Source of the DNA: Moniliella sp. 'wahieum'
Taxonomy: Eukaryota
Assembly (NCBI GenBank): GCA_003971905.1
Contig: RSEE01000004.1
Coordinates: forward strand, 248,001 to 312,000
Direction of reading: 5' to 3'
DNA length: 64,000 nucleotides
Position 1 is the first letter of the stretch; the number at the start of each line of letters is the position of its first letter. Under the pieces are notes generated by a model, which had not been told where the DNA came from, ran no database searches, and saw only the letters and a list, made by a program, of their open reading frames with translations. A program made the translations under genes and the position numbers. This document shows positions 11,815-23,743 of this stretch, in pieces.

Positions 11815-14071
11815 TCAAAGCAAGCCTTGAACGATAGTGAGTTGCTCCTCTGACATGCAAAATAGCGCCCGCCCTACTTTGGTTTCGGAGCCGGCCTGGA
11901 TAGGAGCAAACTCAACCACGTCCAACAGCTGGCCCGCATCCTCATGACCCAACGCCATCACCCGAGCTTCACCCACAGTACCAGGGTGGCCATCAGTGGT
12001 GGCGGGCGCCGTGTACATGAACAATGTTCCTGCGCCACGTGTTCCACCCAGCGGCGCGGCAGGAGGGGAAACAAAGGCGAGAGCAACCGCTCGGCTCGCC
12101 ATCGGTCGCACTGGCTGCCTCGTCTGCAGGCGGGCGGGAAGTAAGTGTGGTGTAGCAGAATTTAGCGTCTTTCTTGCTGGCCAACACGTAGGCTAACCCA
12201 GGCAGGTGGCCTACATGTTTCGGTTGGCCAGGTCCCATAGCGAATGCCGCCCCGTCTAGACCTTGGGCGATGGTCAAACTTGGGCACTGGGTATGCGTGC
12301 TCGTCCCTCTGTGATGGAAATGAGGCACGCCCAGGAATGGTTAGGGCCAGCATTGTCTCTTCATCGCTGTAGGAGAGCGTGGGAGGGGTAGCAGGAGCAA
12401 AGTGGGTCACTTTGGCCACTTGCAGAGGTCGGCCCACATTCGCATCCTCTTCTTCGAGGGTCGTGAGTAACGTTGACTGCGTGGGAGGCAGACCGGGTGT
12501 AGGAATGGGAGCCTCATCCAACTCGTCCGAGGTGTACTTTCCAGTGCTTCGAGTGCGTTGAGCAAATCGGATGGGCTGAGCGTCTCAAGAACATCGTCAG
12601 ACAACTTACTCTGTCGTGACTGTGGATCGGCAAAGAGCTGCGTCCACCGAGTGCCTTCCTCCTTCTTAGCAATGAAGAGAGTCAAGGCACAATACTCGCC
12701 CTGTTCCTGACGGCGGGCCCGCTGTTCCCATTGCCATCTACTCTTCTCAACATCGATTGGAGCCCAAAGTTTGTGGTTAGTATACCGCCCTTGCTGCAGC
12801 TCCGTAGCAAGCATTGTCTCCCAAGGCTGGGCAAGACTTCCTCCTGGGGAAAGTTGAACCATCTTGGGTCCCACATCTGCAGTCGTGCTGACTGATAACG
12901 ACAGACTTGAGGGAGAGGTAAAATTGACGGAAATAACCTCTTGTTTCAACGTTGGCGGGAGGGAGAACGCAACGGACACTGTTTCCGACGTTTGGGCCCA
13001 GGTATAGGCAGGCTGGGATGGGTGTTGGGTAGCTCGCACTGTCGTCGGTCCCGCCCCCAAACCTGTATGGGGCATTGGAGGGTAGTATGGGGCGCTGTCG
13101 AGCGTGGGGGATTTGTAGAGCTGGTATTTGCCAGCGGAGAGAAGGTACCACGAGATAGGATCATCGAGTGGACCAGGAATCTCGATGGCTTGGTAAAGTG
13201 GGTCAGTGCCGCGAAGAATCCACAGCACCTCAAAGTCTTCCCCATAGCGGGCATTGAGGTAGCGCTCGTCAGGAGAGGGCAGGCGCAAACGGACCAGAGC
13301 GATGTTGAATTCGGTAGTGCGTCCACTGGGCCGATCCTTCCGATTCCTTACCCGGCACAAATGTTGACTGGACCAGGAATAAAGCTTGAGTCCTGCTGGA
13401 GTCGGCAAAACGGGCCGAGAGAAGGGATGCAACTTTCCCAAACCGGGAGAAATGGTGGAGTGGGGTACTCAGCTACAGGCGAGCTGAGCCAGCGCTCGTA
13501 CCTGACCAGGGCATTGGTCTCGGCCTCATGGGCCTTCAAAAGTTTGATGGTACTATCTTCAGCACCATCGTGGACAAGCCAGAGGTGGGCACCTAGGCTG
13601 GCGGCACTGGGGAGCTGCGAGGGGGAGTTGATAGAGATGCGGTGGATGGGGTGGGTGAGGGGGGTGAGCAGCCCTGTGTCGGGGGCAATGGATATAACCA
13701 TAAGAACAACAAAGCCCTTGGCGTCAATGTAGAGCAAGTGGTCTGCCTCATCCCGGCTGGGGATGAGAAAACGGTGCAAGAGACGAGCCTGGAGCTGCTT
13801 GAGCGACATGGATGCCGCTGCCTGTTCCTCTGGGTCCAAGCGTGGGAGGGGGGATGGAAGGGGCCAGCTGGACTGAGAAATTGTGCCATTGCGCAGAACC
13901 GCAAGTGGGCGAGGAGCACGACCAGCACCGTCGCCTGTTACGCTGGTGGTATCTTCGTCGTTCCCAACGAGGCGGTACGTGTCAAAGGCGGGCTGGTAGC
14001 GAGAAGGGCTGCGCTCAAAGGAGAGCCCGGGCGTTGGGGGAGGGCGGAGAGGCAGAGTCGGCGGCAGACAT
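11815..14071 (-). CDS. NudC domain-containing protein 1 (NudCD1-like, CS domain)
   Basis: N-terminal YQPAFDTYRL; CS domain YTWAQTSETVSVAFSLP...LWAPIDVEKSRWQW...LTLFIAKKEEGTRWTQLF; then VLETLSPSDLLNALEALEKYTS, EEEDANVG, FPGLAYV-like LPGLAYVLASKKD. Confidence 0.78.
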
Positions 14072-14679
14072 GACGACGGACAGACTCGGGCGAGCGAGGC
14101 AGGTTGGGCCGAGACGGGGATGCTGAGCGTTGCAGCAGCGAGCAGCGCGAGCGGCGGAGGACGGGGGACGGGCAGGGGATGAGCAGGGGATGGGCAGGGA
14201 TGAGAAGGGGATGGGGGTGGGAGCGCCGGTGGGGCTGAGCGCGGACGATGAAAGATGCGGCGGTTGCTGATGGATGGCGTGTGCGAGGGCGTTGGGAAAG
14301 AGGCCGGGAAGAAGACGGGCCAGACCATCCCGCACCAGCACGCACACAGCAGACGCCGCACCCGGCTCAAGTACTCCGCGGAGGATACTGAGTCAGTGCG
14401 GCGGCTGAGGCCGCCTCCTTGTCCAGCCGGGCGGCCTCGGCCTGAGGAAAAGATAGTACTGTGGGTCGCTTAGTTAAGCCTTAGGCCGCGTGAGACTCCA
14501 GCTCACCACGGGCAAACCCCACGTGTACCCCCGCTTGGTTTCGATCTGCTGGCTTGGCGCATGCGCCAATTAAGAATTCTCATCCATTGATTTCGCGAGA
14601 CCATGGCATATAGCAAGGCCCGATCCTGTCCTTCGCACTTGCGCCCCCTCTCCCAGGGCACAGAGCAAGTGGCACACAC

Positions 14680-14723
14680 GGACAGGCAGGCAGAAAGGCA
14701 GACAGGCAGACAGGCAGACAGGC
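14680..14723. repeat. (CAGGCAGA)n microsatellite
   Basis: ggacaggcaggcagaaaggcagacaggcagacaggcagacaggc. Confidence 0.75.
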
Positions 14724-14995
14724 GACCACCGGGTGGACAAACTGTTTTGGGAGAAAGAAGTGACAGGAACAGGTGCAGAGCGGGGATGCATGGAGGGCGC
14801 CCAGTCGTCCCGACATGGGAAGACGACGAGGCCCGGTCCATCGCGGCAAACGGTATTGGCTTGGCACACGGAAGACTATGTTCACCATTGCAATCAACAG
14901 CAGGTGAAGGGAAAGAAGGGAGAAAGGGGAAAGGGGGAAAGGGGGGGGGGCGCCATAGCAAGCCCAAAAACAGGGATATGTGAACGCGCGTTCTT

Positions 14996-17873
14996 TTACT
15001 CCGCCGACAAACGGACGCCCATCTTCTCCCGCCACATCAAGAAGAGGTCGCGGTCCAAGTGGATGACGAATCCTCGGGCCTTCGAAGGATCTTCGGCAGT
15101 CGATGCAGTCAACTTAAACACGTGGTCCAAAGAACGCGGGTGAGTACGGCTGCGAACGTAGCGGTAGCAACGACCGATGGTCGAGTCAGTGCTGAACACC
15201 TTGCGTTCAAACTGCGACAACAGCTCATCTACCGCCACACTGTCCGACACTGCCATCCGCGGCACCTTGGCGTCGGGATGAGTGCCCCAGGGAACGTCGG
15301 GGCATAGGGTATGGAACAGTTGGTTCAAGTTTGACGCTTGGTACACAGACTGCGCCGTGTTGATAAACGTGGCCTCATGGAGGTCGGCAGGTTCTTCTTT
15401 GATAAAGGACCAGTACCAATGGACCAACGAGTTGCCCAAGAATAACGCCCCACCACCAATGTAGCGTGGTGTGTCCGTGGTGACAATGGGAGTCGGAGCG
15501 ACGACGCATGGACGGTAAGCTGGTCAAGATGGGAACCGATGGGGTGAGCGAGTTCAGTCCGGTCACTGCCCGGCCCAATGGTGAGCACTGTGCTGATGGT
15601 CCGCTTGAGGTAGAAGAGCAGGCGCCAGAGCGCTGCATAGTCCTCCGACTTGATCGAGTCCCGCGTTCGCGGTGATAGGCGAAGCAGAGCATAAGCAATA
15701 TCGGGCCTGGTGCCATGAGCAAAACTCTTGAGCTTGTTGTACGTGTACATGTACCACTGTTGCTTGTTGATCGACAGATAGGGTTCAGTGGGCGCAATCT
15801 CCCTGTCAGGGGCCGAAAAGCCCTGCCCTCCAGTTTTGCTACCGCTCACGGGGGTGATGGGCAGGGCAACGTGGCTAGCACTGTCCCCTTCCACTCCCAA
15901 ACGGGAGAGGAGACGTTGAATCTCAGCCGCTTGAGAAAGTTCAACATACCACAATTTGGGCTTGATCTCCACCGTACCAACCCGTTTGAGAGCACCTGGG
16001 TTGCGGAGAGAGAGCACAGATTGAAGCAGGGCGCGAATTTCCTCGATATCATCCGACTTGCCCAACAAACAATTTCGTCCACGTACACAGCCACTGCCAC
16101 AGACAAACTGGTGTAGAACATACCAGGACTGCCCTCGATGGCACTCAGTCCCAGACGTTCAAGACTGATTCGGGCTGAGCGGGCCCACGAATTGCGCACC
16201 GTGTCAACAGCATAGAGGGTACGCTTGAGCTTGTAAACAGGCTCCACCATGCCCTCAGGGTGCACCGCGAAACCCGGGGCTGAAGTACATATATGGACTC
16301 GTCATCATCCATTGGTTGATTAAGCCATGGGTTCAGGTAATCGAACTGGACCAACTGGCACTCGTGACTCTTGTACCGCTTCTGGCACATGGCCGCCAGC
16401 ATCGTGCGCAAACTCATGAGTGTAGGCTGGTGCGAAGGAGATTGCTCCTTGACGCTTAAGTGCACTTGGCGTAGCACTTCGTGGTCCGGACTCATCTTAA
16501 ATGTAAAGTGGCCAGTCAGGGGGGACGTCTTTTTCCGGATATTAGCCAGGCCGGGAGCAGCCCAATCAACCACCTCCCACGTTTTGAGGTTGGTTAAGCG
16601 TGTCATCTCCGCTTCGATCAGGTCAAGCCAGCGTTCCGCGTTGGGACCAGTGAGAGCCTGGTACGCTGTCGGGCGAGCCGGATCAGTGGAAGGTTCCCGG
16701 TCGGCCGACTTGAGTAGTGCCGCACGAGTGTGCTGACGGTCCGGGTTCGCCAAGGGCGACGAGGGCTTCACAGTATCAACAGGAGCCTTGGGGGTGCTAG
16801 TGGGAGAAGATCGGATCGATAAAAGACTTGGGGACGTCGACGGGTGTGTGAATCGGCTCAACGACCTTAACTGGCTCGGGCGGTAGAGAAGGTACGCCGA
16901 TCGCTGTGAATGTTTGCATCGTAGCGGAGGGCTCATCATATCGAACGGGGGTACAGGCGAGGGGAAGGTCTCCAGCACCGGAACACTCTTGGCCACGGGA
17001 GGAGGAGGAAGTGCCTCTTCCACCTTGGTACGCGGGTCAGGAAGAGACTCAGGTCATCCTCTCTCTTTAACTCTGCTCGACTGGGTACAGTGGGAGTGTG
17101 CACCGAGAGCGAAGGAAAAGGGACTCGCAGCCTTTCCTTACGATCTCCATCCACTTCGTCCACATCGGTGATGAAGTCTTGCAACAAGTCATTGAGTGCG
17201 CGCTCAGTCTCTTTCCAAAAAAGTACTTCTTGACCAGCCGAATCAACTTCCCACTGTTCGATCCGGCGACGATGCTTAACAATATCCACAAAGCGTTCCA
17301 GATAGCTACGGCATAGTTTCGGGTAGTACGGCGAAAACTGGCGGTGCAGGTGCAAGAACTTGTGGTCCGCACCTAGCGCATACCCCCAATCCTCGATCCA
17401 CTTGAGTGTGTTGCGGAAGCGAGACCGGTAGGTGCTGAAAGTCTCACTAATATGAGGTCAGGGACAATGTGCACAATTGGAGGGGAAACAAATATGGGGA
17501 ATGAATGAAACGCACTTTCCGAGTTGCAATCCTGGAGCATCTCGAGCTCGCTTATCGCTCCTTGGTCCAAGGTCTCGCCATACGCCTGGTCGAGCGCGGT
17601 GAGAAGAAGGAAGCCAGAGGGCTCATGAGAGAGGTAGGTGTACTTGCTCAGTAACGGGGCCGACATAGTCATGGTGATGAGGAGGCACTCGCGTGCTTCG
17701 GCATGAGCGTCAGACGAAGCCATTTGCCGCGTAGTTCACGGTAGATGGGCTCGGAACGGGAAGCCCAGTATTTGACGTAGTCACGACGCGCCATTTCCAT
17801 ACCCGAGCGGATCCAGTAACAGTGGAGCAGACTGGGCAAGCTCGACGGGATGAAGAAGCGGCACGGTCATCAT
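14996..17873 (-). CDS. Ty1/copia-derived gag + degenerate RT/RNase H gene (no integrase, no LTRs, one intron)
   Basis: Gag-like (UBN2/Retrotran_gag_2): LLDPLGYGxWR, LTALDQAYG, LQLGN|ETFSTYRSRFRNTLKWIEDWG...FSPYY. Copia RT_2-like: PTAYQALTGPNAERWLDLIEAEM..LKTWEVVD, QFDYLNPWLN, IYVLQPRGF, VYKLKRTLYA, VAVYVDEIV, TRPDIAYA, RLLFYLKRT. Intron 17447-17515. Confidence 0.82.
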
Positions 17874-19051
17874 CAGCACCAGACGCCAAGAGGAGGATTG
17901 ACGCCAGGAGGAGGATGGAGGCCAGGAAATGCGGGGCAGAGGTGGTGGGAGGCAAACAGAATCAACACGCAGGCGCCGCTGGCAGAAATTGCAAATCCGA
18001 TGCAATTGACAATTAATCAGGGGGTGGCCCACGGGGCGGACCGGTTCAGTATGTACGGCCACTTTCGGCCTCAACAGATCTGAGATCAGAGATCAGGATC
18101 AAGATTTGAGATGCAAAGTTGAAGCTTGAAGCACCGCCCTCCTACCTATACTTGGCATTGGCGAACGGAAAGTGTGTCATTCATACTTAGTGATTACTGC
18201 TGTCGATGATCGATAAGATCTGAGATCATCGATCAGGACTCAGGGGACCGATGACCGCGGGTGACCAGAGTGACCGACCACACGAGCTATCTGTTCTGTG
18301 CGGCAACGAAGAGACTGCCCGTGCCCACCGGGCAAGCGCACAGCCCCGCGCCCCCACAGTAGAAGTTACTGTTCGTGATCATCACGGGTCACAATTATGG
18401 GCATGATGCATTTGTGCGCGCGCTCTCGTCTTTCTTCCCACGAGATGAACACCGGCCTTGTGGGCAGTGGTCGATAATATATGAGTCTCGGGCGCACCAA
18501 AGCATCCCCACAGAGAAGAGCCCCCCACGCAGGTGAATTTATCTCGCCAAAACAAAGCCTCTGGGCCGGTGGCATCCCCAGCTCAGCGCCCAGTCGGAGC
18601 ACTGAGTTCTCGATTGTGTTGTATCGCACATCGAGCTACAGAAGAAACCAGAGAATATTGTGCCATTCAACGACGACGAAGGAAGGACGAGAGGCTTTCA
18701 ACTGATTAGAAGCTTGAAGACTAATTGAACTTTGAAACATTGGACTCAACCTTTTGAACTGCGAGCGTTAGAAGTTCAACACAAAGTAAGGCGCGTCCCC
18801 TGCTTCGGAGCTTCTTCTTTTGTGGATGAACGTACAGAACTGGTCCGTTCAAGCACTCAAGCTCCAAGCTTAGCCAGCACAACCTGCAAGCAGCGCCAAC
18901 CAGCTCCCCGCCGCCATGTGGCCCTTGCTGAGACCCGTGTGCAGGCGCCACATGGGCGGCAGGGGTGTTGTGGTGTGGCCGATCACATTTCCTTCAACAT
19001 TGCAAATTGGGTGTTCGGCTGTCACATGTCACATGTCAGTCACCGAGCGCT

Positions 19052-19144
19052 GTCAAGCTTCAAGCTTCAAGCTTCAAGTGACAGCAACACGCTGACATGC
19101 GACCGACTCCTACTTGACTTGAAGCTTGAAGCTTGAAGCTTGAC
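19052..19144. repeat. Perfect 28-bp inverted repeat made of (TCAAGCT)n / (TGAAGCT)n, 37-nt spacer
   Basis: gtcaagcttcaagcttcaagcttcaagt (19052-19079) is the exact reverse complement of acttgaagcttgaagcttgaagcttgac (19117-19144). Confidence 0.93.
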
Positions 19145-19449
19145 CACTGCGCCCGTAGGCCGTAAGGCTGTGTAAAGCCTAAGGCCTAAGGCCTACTATT
19201 AATGAGGCGGTGGCCTAAGGTAAGCGCTATAAATATAAACCCGCTTGAAGCTGCTGTTACAAACAGACCCATGCACTCAGATAAGAGAGAGACCGCTGCA
19301 TCGCCCATCCCTAGTCCCCACGGCTGAACCAATTACTCCTGGCACCTGGCGAAAAACTATAGTTAACAAGGCAAAACAAAATGTGGCACATGTAGACGTA
19401 GCATTGGGCAAGTGCACAGAAACAACCAGACGCTCGAAACACGGCACCC

Positions 19450-21144
19450 TTAGCCGTTGAGGTACTTGGTTTGCCCGATGGCCGCCCTTGCGTGGCCTCT
19501 GGCGAAGGACCATAATGTTGCCACCCGGTCTGTAGGGCGACGTACGCCCACCACGGGCAAGATTACCCCACCGATCCTTGGACTGGTGGTTACCCTTGGA
19601 TTTACCACGGCCCCCCGTTCGGGTGGTCGCAGTGGTTCATTGCCACACCACGAACCTTAGGACGACGGCCGAGCCAGCGGGCACGACCAGCCTTACCCAG
19701 CTTGCGGTGCTGCCAATTGGTGTTGCTCACACGGCCAATTGTTGCCGCACCATTGACCGGCACCATACGTACTTCACCACTCTGCATCTTGATGACTGCG
19801 TGCGTGGCAGTAGGCTTGTCTGCCATAGCAAGGGCGGCTTCCTTACCACCCAAGAGCTTCTCCAGTTGCTTCTCGCGAGGCAAGAGAGCGTTCTCCTCCG
19901 CATTACCAGGCAGCAGCTCGGGACGCGGGATGGGCGTACCTTTCTCCGTCAACTCACCCATGAGCGGGCCAGGGGGGCACCAGTTTTACGGTGCATAAAG
20001 CCCACCAGCTGACCGCAGGAACCAGCAGAACGAATGAGCTTACCCTTACCCTTGGCCGCAATGGTCACATTGTGGATCTCGGTACCGATAGGGATGAGCG
20101 ACAGAGGCAAACAGTTACCCGGGCGCAAACGCCTGCATACGGAACATACCCAGGTCGAGCGGGGCCTTGGCAATCTCCTCTTCAGTGAAACGCGTGTTAT
20201 CCATCTCGGGGTTGCGGAAGGTCGAGACACCGTCGCGACGGTAAGAGCGAACCGTGTCGCCAGCACGAGACCATCGGCCGCAACGATGTACGAAACGAAC
20301 TTGGTCTCCCGGTTCTCAATCAGTGCAACGTGGGACGAACGACCAGGATCATACTCGATGGTAAGCGTCCTGAACACCGGGCTCCCAACGGGAAAAGTCC
20401 ACGAGACGAATACGTTGCTTGTGGCCACCACCAATACCACGCGTGGCGATCCGCCATTTCTGAACGACCACCCGACTTGCGCAGCGCAACCGTCAGGCCT
20501 ACTCGGGCTCACCACGGAAGAGGTAAGGGTTGTACAGCAGACGGGTATGGCGAATACCGGGTGTGATAGGCTTGAAAGTCTTGAAAGCACCATCGACACG
20601 AAACGTAGGGTGTTTGGATCCGGGTTTTGAGTCCCAGACGGGAGGCCAGTTGGGCCTCTTTCTTGGCTTCCTTAACAGCACGCATCATCCTCTTGCGCTC
20701 CAGGACGCACGCGTCTAGGCACCAGAGTCGACTGGGAGCGGGGGAATTGTGACCAAAGTTGTATGTGCCAGACTCGCGGCTCGAGGGCCAAATGTTGTTG
20801 TCGGCAAGACCGACAAGAGTCTTGTTAGGCTTTCCAACACGGTGGGAACCGTCGGCCAGAAACGAGAACGCAACGGAATGAAACACTTGAAGCGTGCCTC
20901 AACCAGAGCATGGTTGCGCATGACGGGCGGATCGGGAAGCTGGCCCCAAGGCTGGTACGCCTCGTGGATCTCAAGCCGCCCGCCATCGTCGGTGCGATCA
21001 CTGACGGGAACTGGCGCAAGTGATGCAAGCCCGCGACGGGCATGGGCTAAACTGGCGCTTATGGTCGGCACGCGACCGGCAGCCGGGCGCACAGGCAACG
21101 CATAGTGAGCGGTGGGCTGCAAGGCGAAGGGGAAGCGAGGTCAT
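19450..21144 (-). CDS. RML2: Mitochondrial ribosomal protein uL2m (L2)
   Basis: [109 protein letters not shown]. Arg/Ser/Ala-rich presequence-like start [13 protein letters not shown]. Ends approximate. Confidence 0.95.
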
Positions 21145-21303
21145 GGGCGATCAGCCTGATGGAGCAGAATGGGTGGCCTCGGGAGGTTGCGATACGCAGC
21201 GGAATGTGGAAGCGGAATAAAACGGGTGAGCCCCCAGGCCCCAGTATTTTTGAAATTGCAGCTGCCCTTTCCTACGGCAGCCGCTCCAGCCAGAAAAAGT
21301 TAA

Positions 21304-23743
21304 TAGACGTAGCGTTCCCCCTGTCCCAGCCTTCTTAAGTCTGCCAATAAAATGGACGTGATGGATGAACGGTTAGGTTTAGACGTAGCGTTCCCCCTGT
21401 CCCAGCCTAAGCTCTGCCAAATGAAATGGAAGTAGCGATGGGGCGATGATTGATGAACACCTCTGGTTCTCTGGCGATCCGCCAGCCGAGTGCCTTGACC
21501 TACATGTATTGGCTCCCCAGTTACCCCTCAATCCTGATCCTGAACCCGTAGGCGTCACCTGATCATGGGTACGTTGGGAACGCTGTCCCCCTCGCTTGCC
21601 CGCTGCCTGCCCTCTCGGCAGGGTCACAGCAGAGAGGGATTATATGTATTTTTGTTTTTGTGTTTGTGGGCGCACTCTCGCACTTGCGTCTTGCCCTACC
21701 TAGATGCGGCTGCTCTTGGGATTTTGCATACTCCCTCTCAGTCCTTCCCTTCTCTCGGCGTTCAGCGCTGCACAGGGTTCCCCTGATTGACACGATTCTC
21801 TACCACCACACTTGTCAAGAGGAGAGAGCTGACAGCAAGACAGTAGTCCTTTAGCGTTTGATCATATAAAAGCTTTCTGTTTAATGTGTTCCGACGTCTC
21901 ATAATGGGAAGATGCCTGCCCGTACATGAGGACCTACGCTGGTTCACCTAGGACCCTAGAGAAAGCATGATATGTATGTGACGAAAGAGACCCACCATCA
22001 CCACGCTCTTTTGCTTTCATATATGTGGTCGTGTAGAATACCAGACCATGTTCCCGCGTTCGCTTTTTGTCTGGGTTAGATATGGATATCTCCTTACCCA
22101 AAGATGCGCCAGTAGCTCCTGATCTTATATCGACTTGTAAGGAATCTTTGCATCTTAATTCTGCCCTCTCAATGTCGTTGCACCCATGTCCATTCCTCCC
22201 CCAGAGGGATGACTTCGTCTTCTTTCTTTTTCTTTTTTTCTCCGTCGCCCTTTAGACGCTCATTCGTCCGCTTATCCAGGCTCTCTCTCTCTTCAGACAA
22301 GGTCACAAATACCGACTATTATATAGACTGTCGGTTAGAAGTTCGTCAAGGTGACCTCGAAGGTTTCTCTATTTGTTACTAGGCCAAACAATTGGGTATG
22401 CTGTTGGCCCAGGGAGCCGGACGGGCAACAAAAGGATGAGGAGAAGGTGATGAATTGGAGCCAGAGTTGGGCTTGGGTACAGAGGTATTGTATAGAAGGC
22501 TGGACTAGGCATAGGGCCAGGGAGGCAGACAGGAGAAAGTGCAGAGCAAATGGACAGTGATACGCTGGGAGACACCCGCAGCATGGAAGTCGATGGAACC
22601 GAGGTGAACCTGTGGTTTACCGACGGGAGCTGGAGGATCACAGTCGACACAATGCGGTACTTATTTTCCGTGTGGGTGTGTATTGCGGTATGTGCCTAAT
22701 AGGATGAAGCCGGGTTGCGGATCCAGCCCCCGGAGGGTTCAGGGGACACGCTGTGCGCACTTTGATGTAATAGAGAAGACGCAGGCAGTGCATTGGTTAT
22801 AGCGCAACAAGTCCTTATTGTGAGGTCACAGTGATGCGGGTCGACCTCTTTTGTAAGAGGCAGCCCCAAAGATGATTAAGCTGATTATTAGTTTCTTGAA
22901 TGTGCTCCCTGTATTAACCAGGAATAGAGACAGATGAACGGGTACCCACTTCTACAAGCACGAGCGATTCCCGATATATGTTCAGACTGACGCCCAGGCT
23001 AGTATAATACCTCCTTTTACTTCTGTACCCTAGGCCCCCTCCATACAGTCTCTTCCATACAGTCTCTCTCCATGTGCATAAATACCATAGGAGGACCATA
23101 CCCAAAGTGTAGGTGCATAGGGGGCTCAAGCCTCTGCAATTTTCATTCAACACGGCCACATGCTTATCCTGCGTCGGGGAAATTCTTGACAAAGACGGAG
23201 AGTATATAGGCTGATGAAGAGTCGATTGAATTGATATTCTCTCCACTCAGTACCCACAAGACTCCTCTCTCGCATTCGTGCATACTATAAAAGATTGGAA
23301 TGGAACCAAGTTGATGCAGCTAGTATGACAAATTTCCTCTTATGTTTGAGCGCTACGGAGTAAATGGGTTGTCTAATACGATGATATATACTGTACTAGG
23401 TCATCCCAGCTGCAGAGCTTCCCGTAAGTGGCTCATTCCCCCATAATTCTTCCTGCTTTACCCAGGCCTGGGCTTGAAGCTGATGAGGCCTCGCCCAACA
23501 TCTCCTGTCTCACCACCGGGGTGGATTTTCGGCAAAAAACCCAAAGCACTATAGCCAGTCTATACAATCCAAGAACGACTAGTAGCCTATTAGCGCATAC
23601 AGAACGCAACACAGGACGGGTCATTTTTCTCTTTTTGTTAAAGACCAGAGAGACAGTCAGCTCATAGTGCACTGCTTTGCACATGAGCTACAGAAGCTAG
23701 ATCACGTCCATTTCATTGACAGAGCTTAAGGCTGGGACAGGGG
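21304..23743. mobile_element. Possible non-autonomous/degenerate element bounded by an inverted ~45-bp motif CCCTGTCCCAGCCTTAAGCTCTGTCAATGAAATGGACG
   Basis: Motif occurs twice in tandem (~21311-21362, ~21387-21432), inverted at ~23701-23743, and again at ~41509-41553. Interior has no intact ORF; no TSD identified. Confidence 0.4.

Noticed and set aside
1..14071. Biosynthetic gene cluster around the NRPS-like gene
   Set aside because: Neighbours are housekeeping genes (PMR1, RPS5, RPS28, NudCD1); no tailoring enzymes or dedicated exporter
17230..17260. WEVDSAG as a copia aspartic protease motif (WxxDSGA)
   Set aside because: It sits within the helical gag-like segment and has no downstream protease features; likely coincidence
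21311..21362. HDV-like or hammerhead ribozyme in the 45-bp motif (GTCCCAGCC resembles HDV P2/P3)
   Set aside because: I could not build the P3 partner, P1, or an intact CUGANGA/GAAA core by eye
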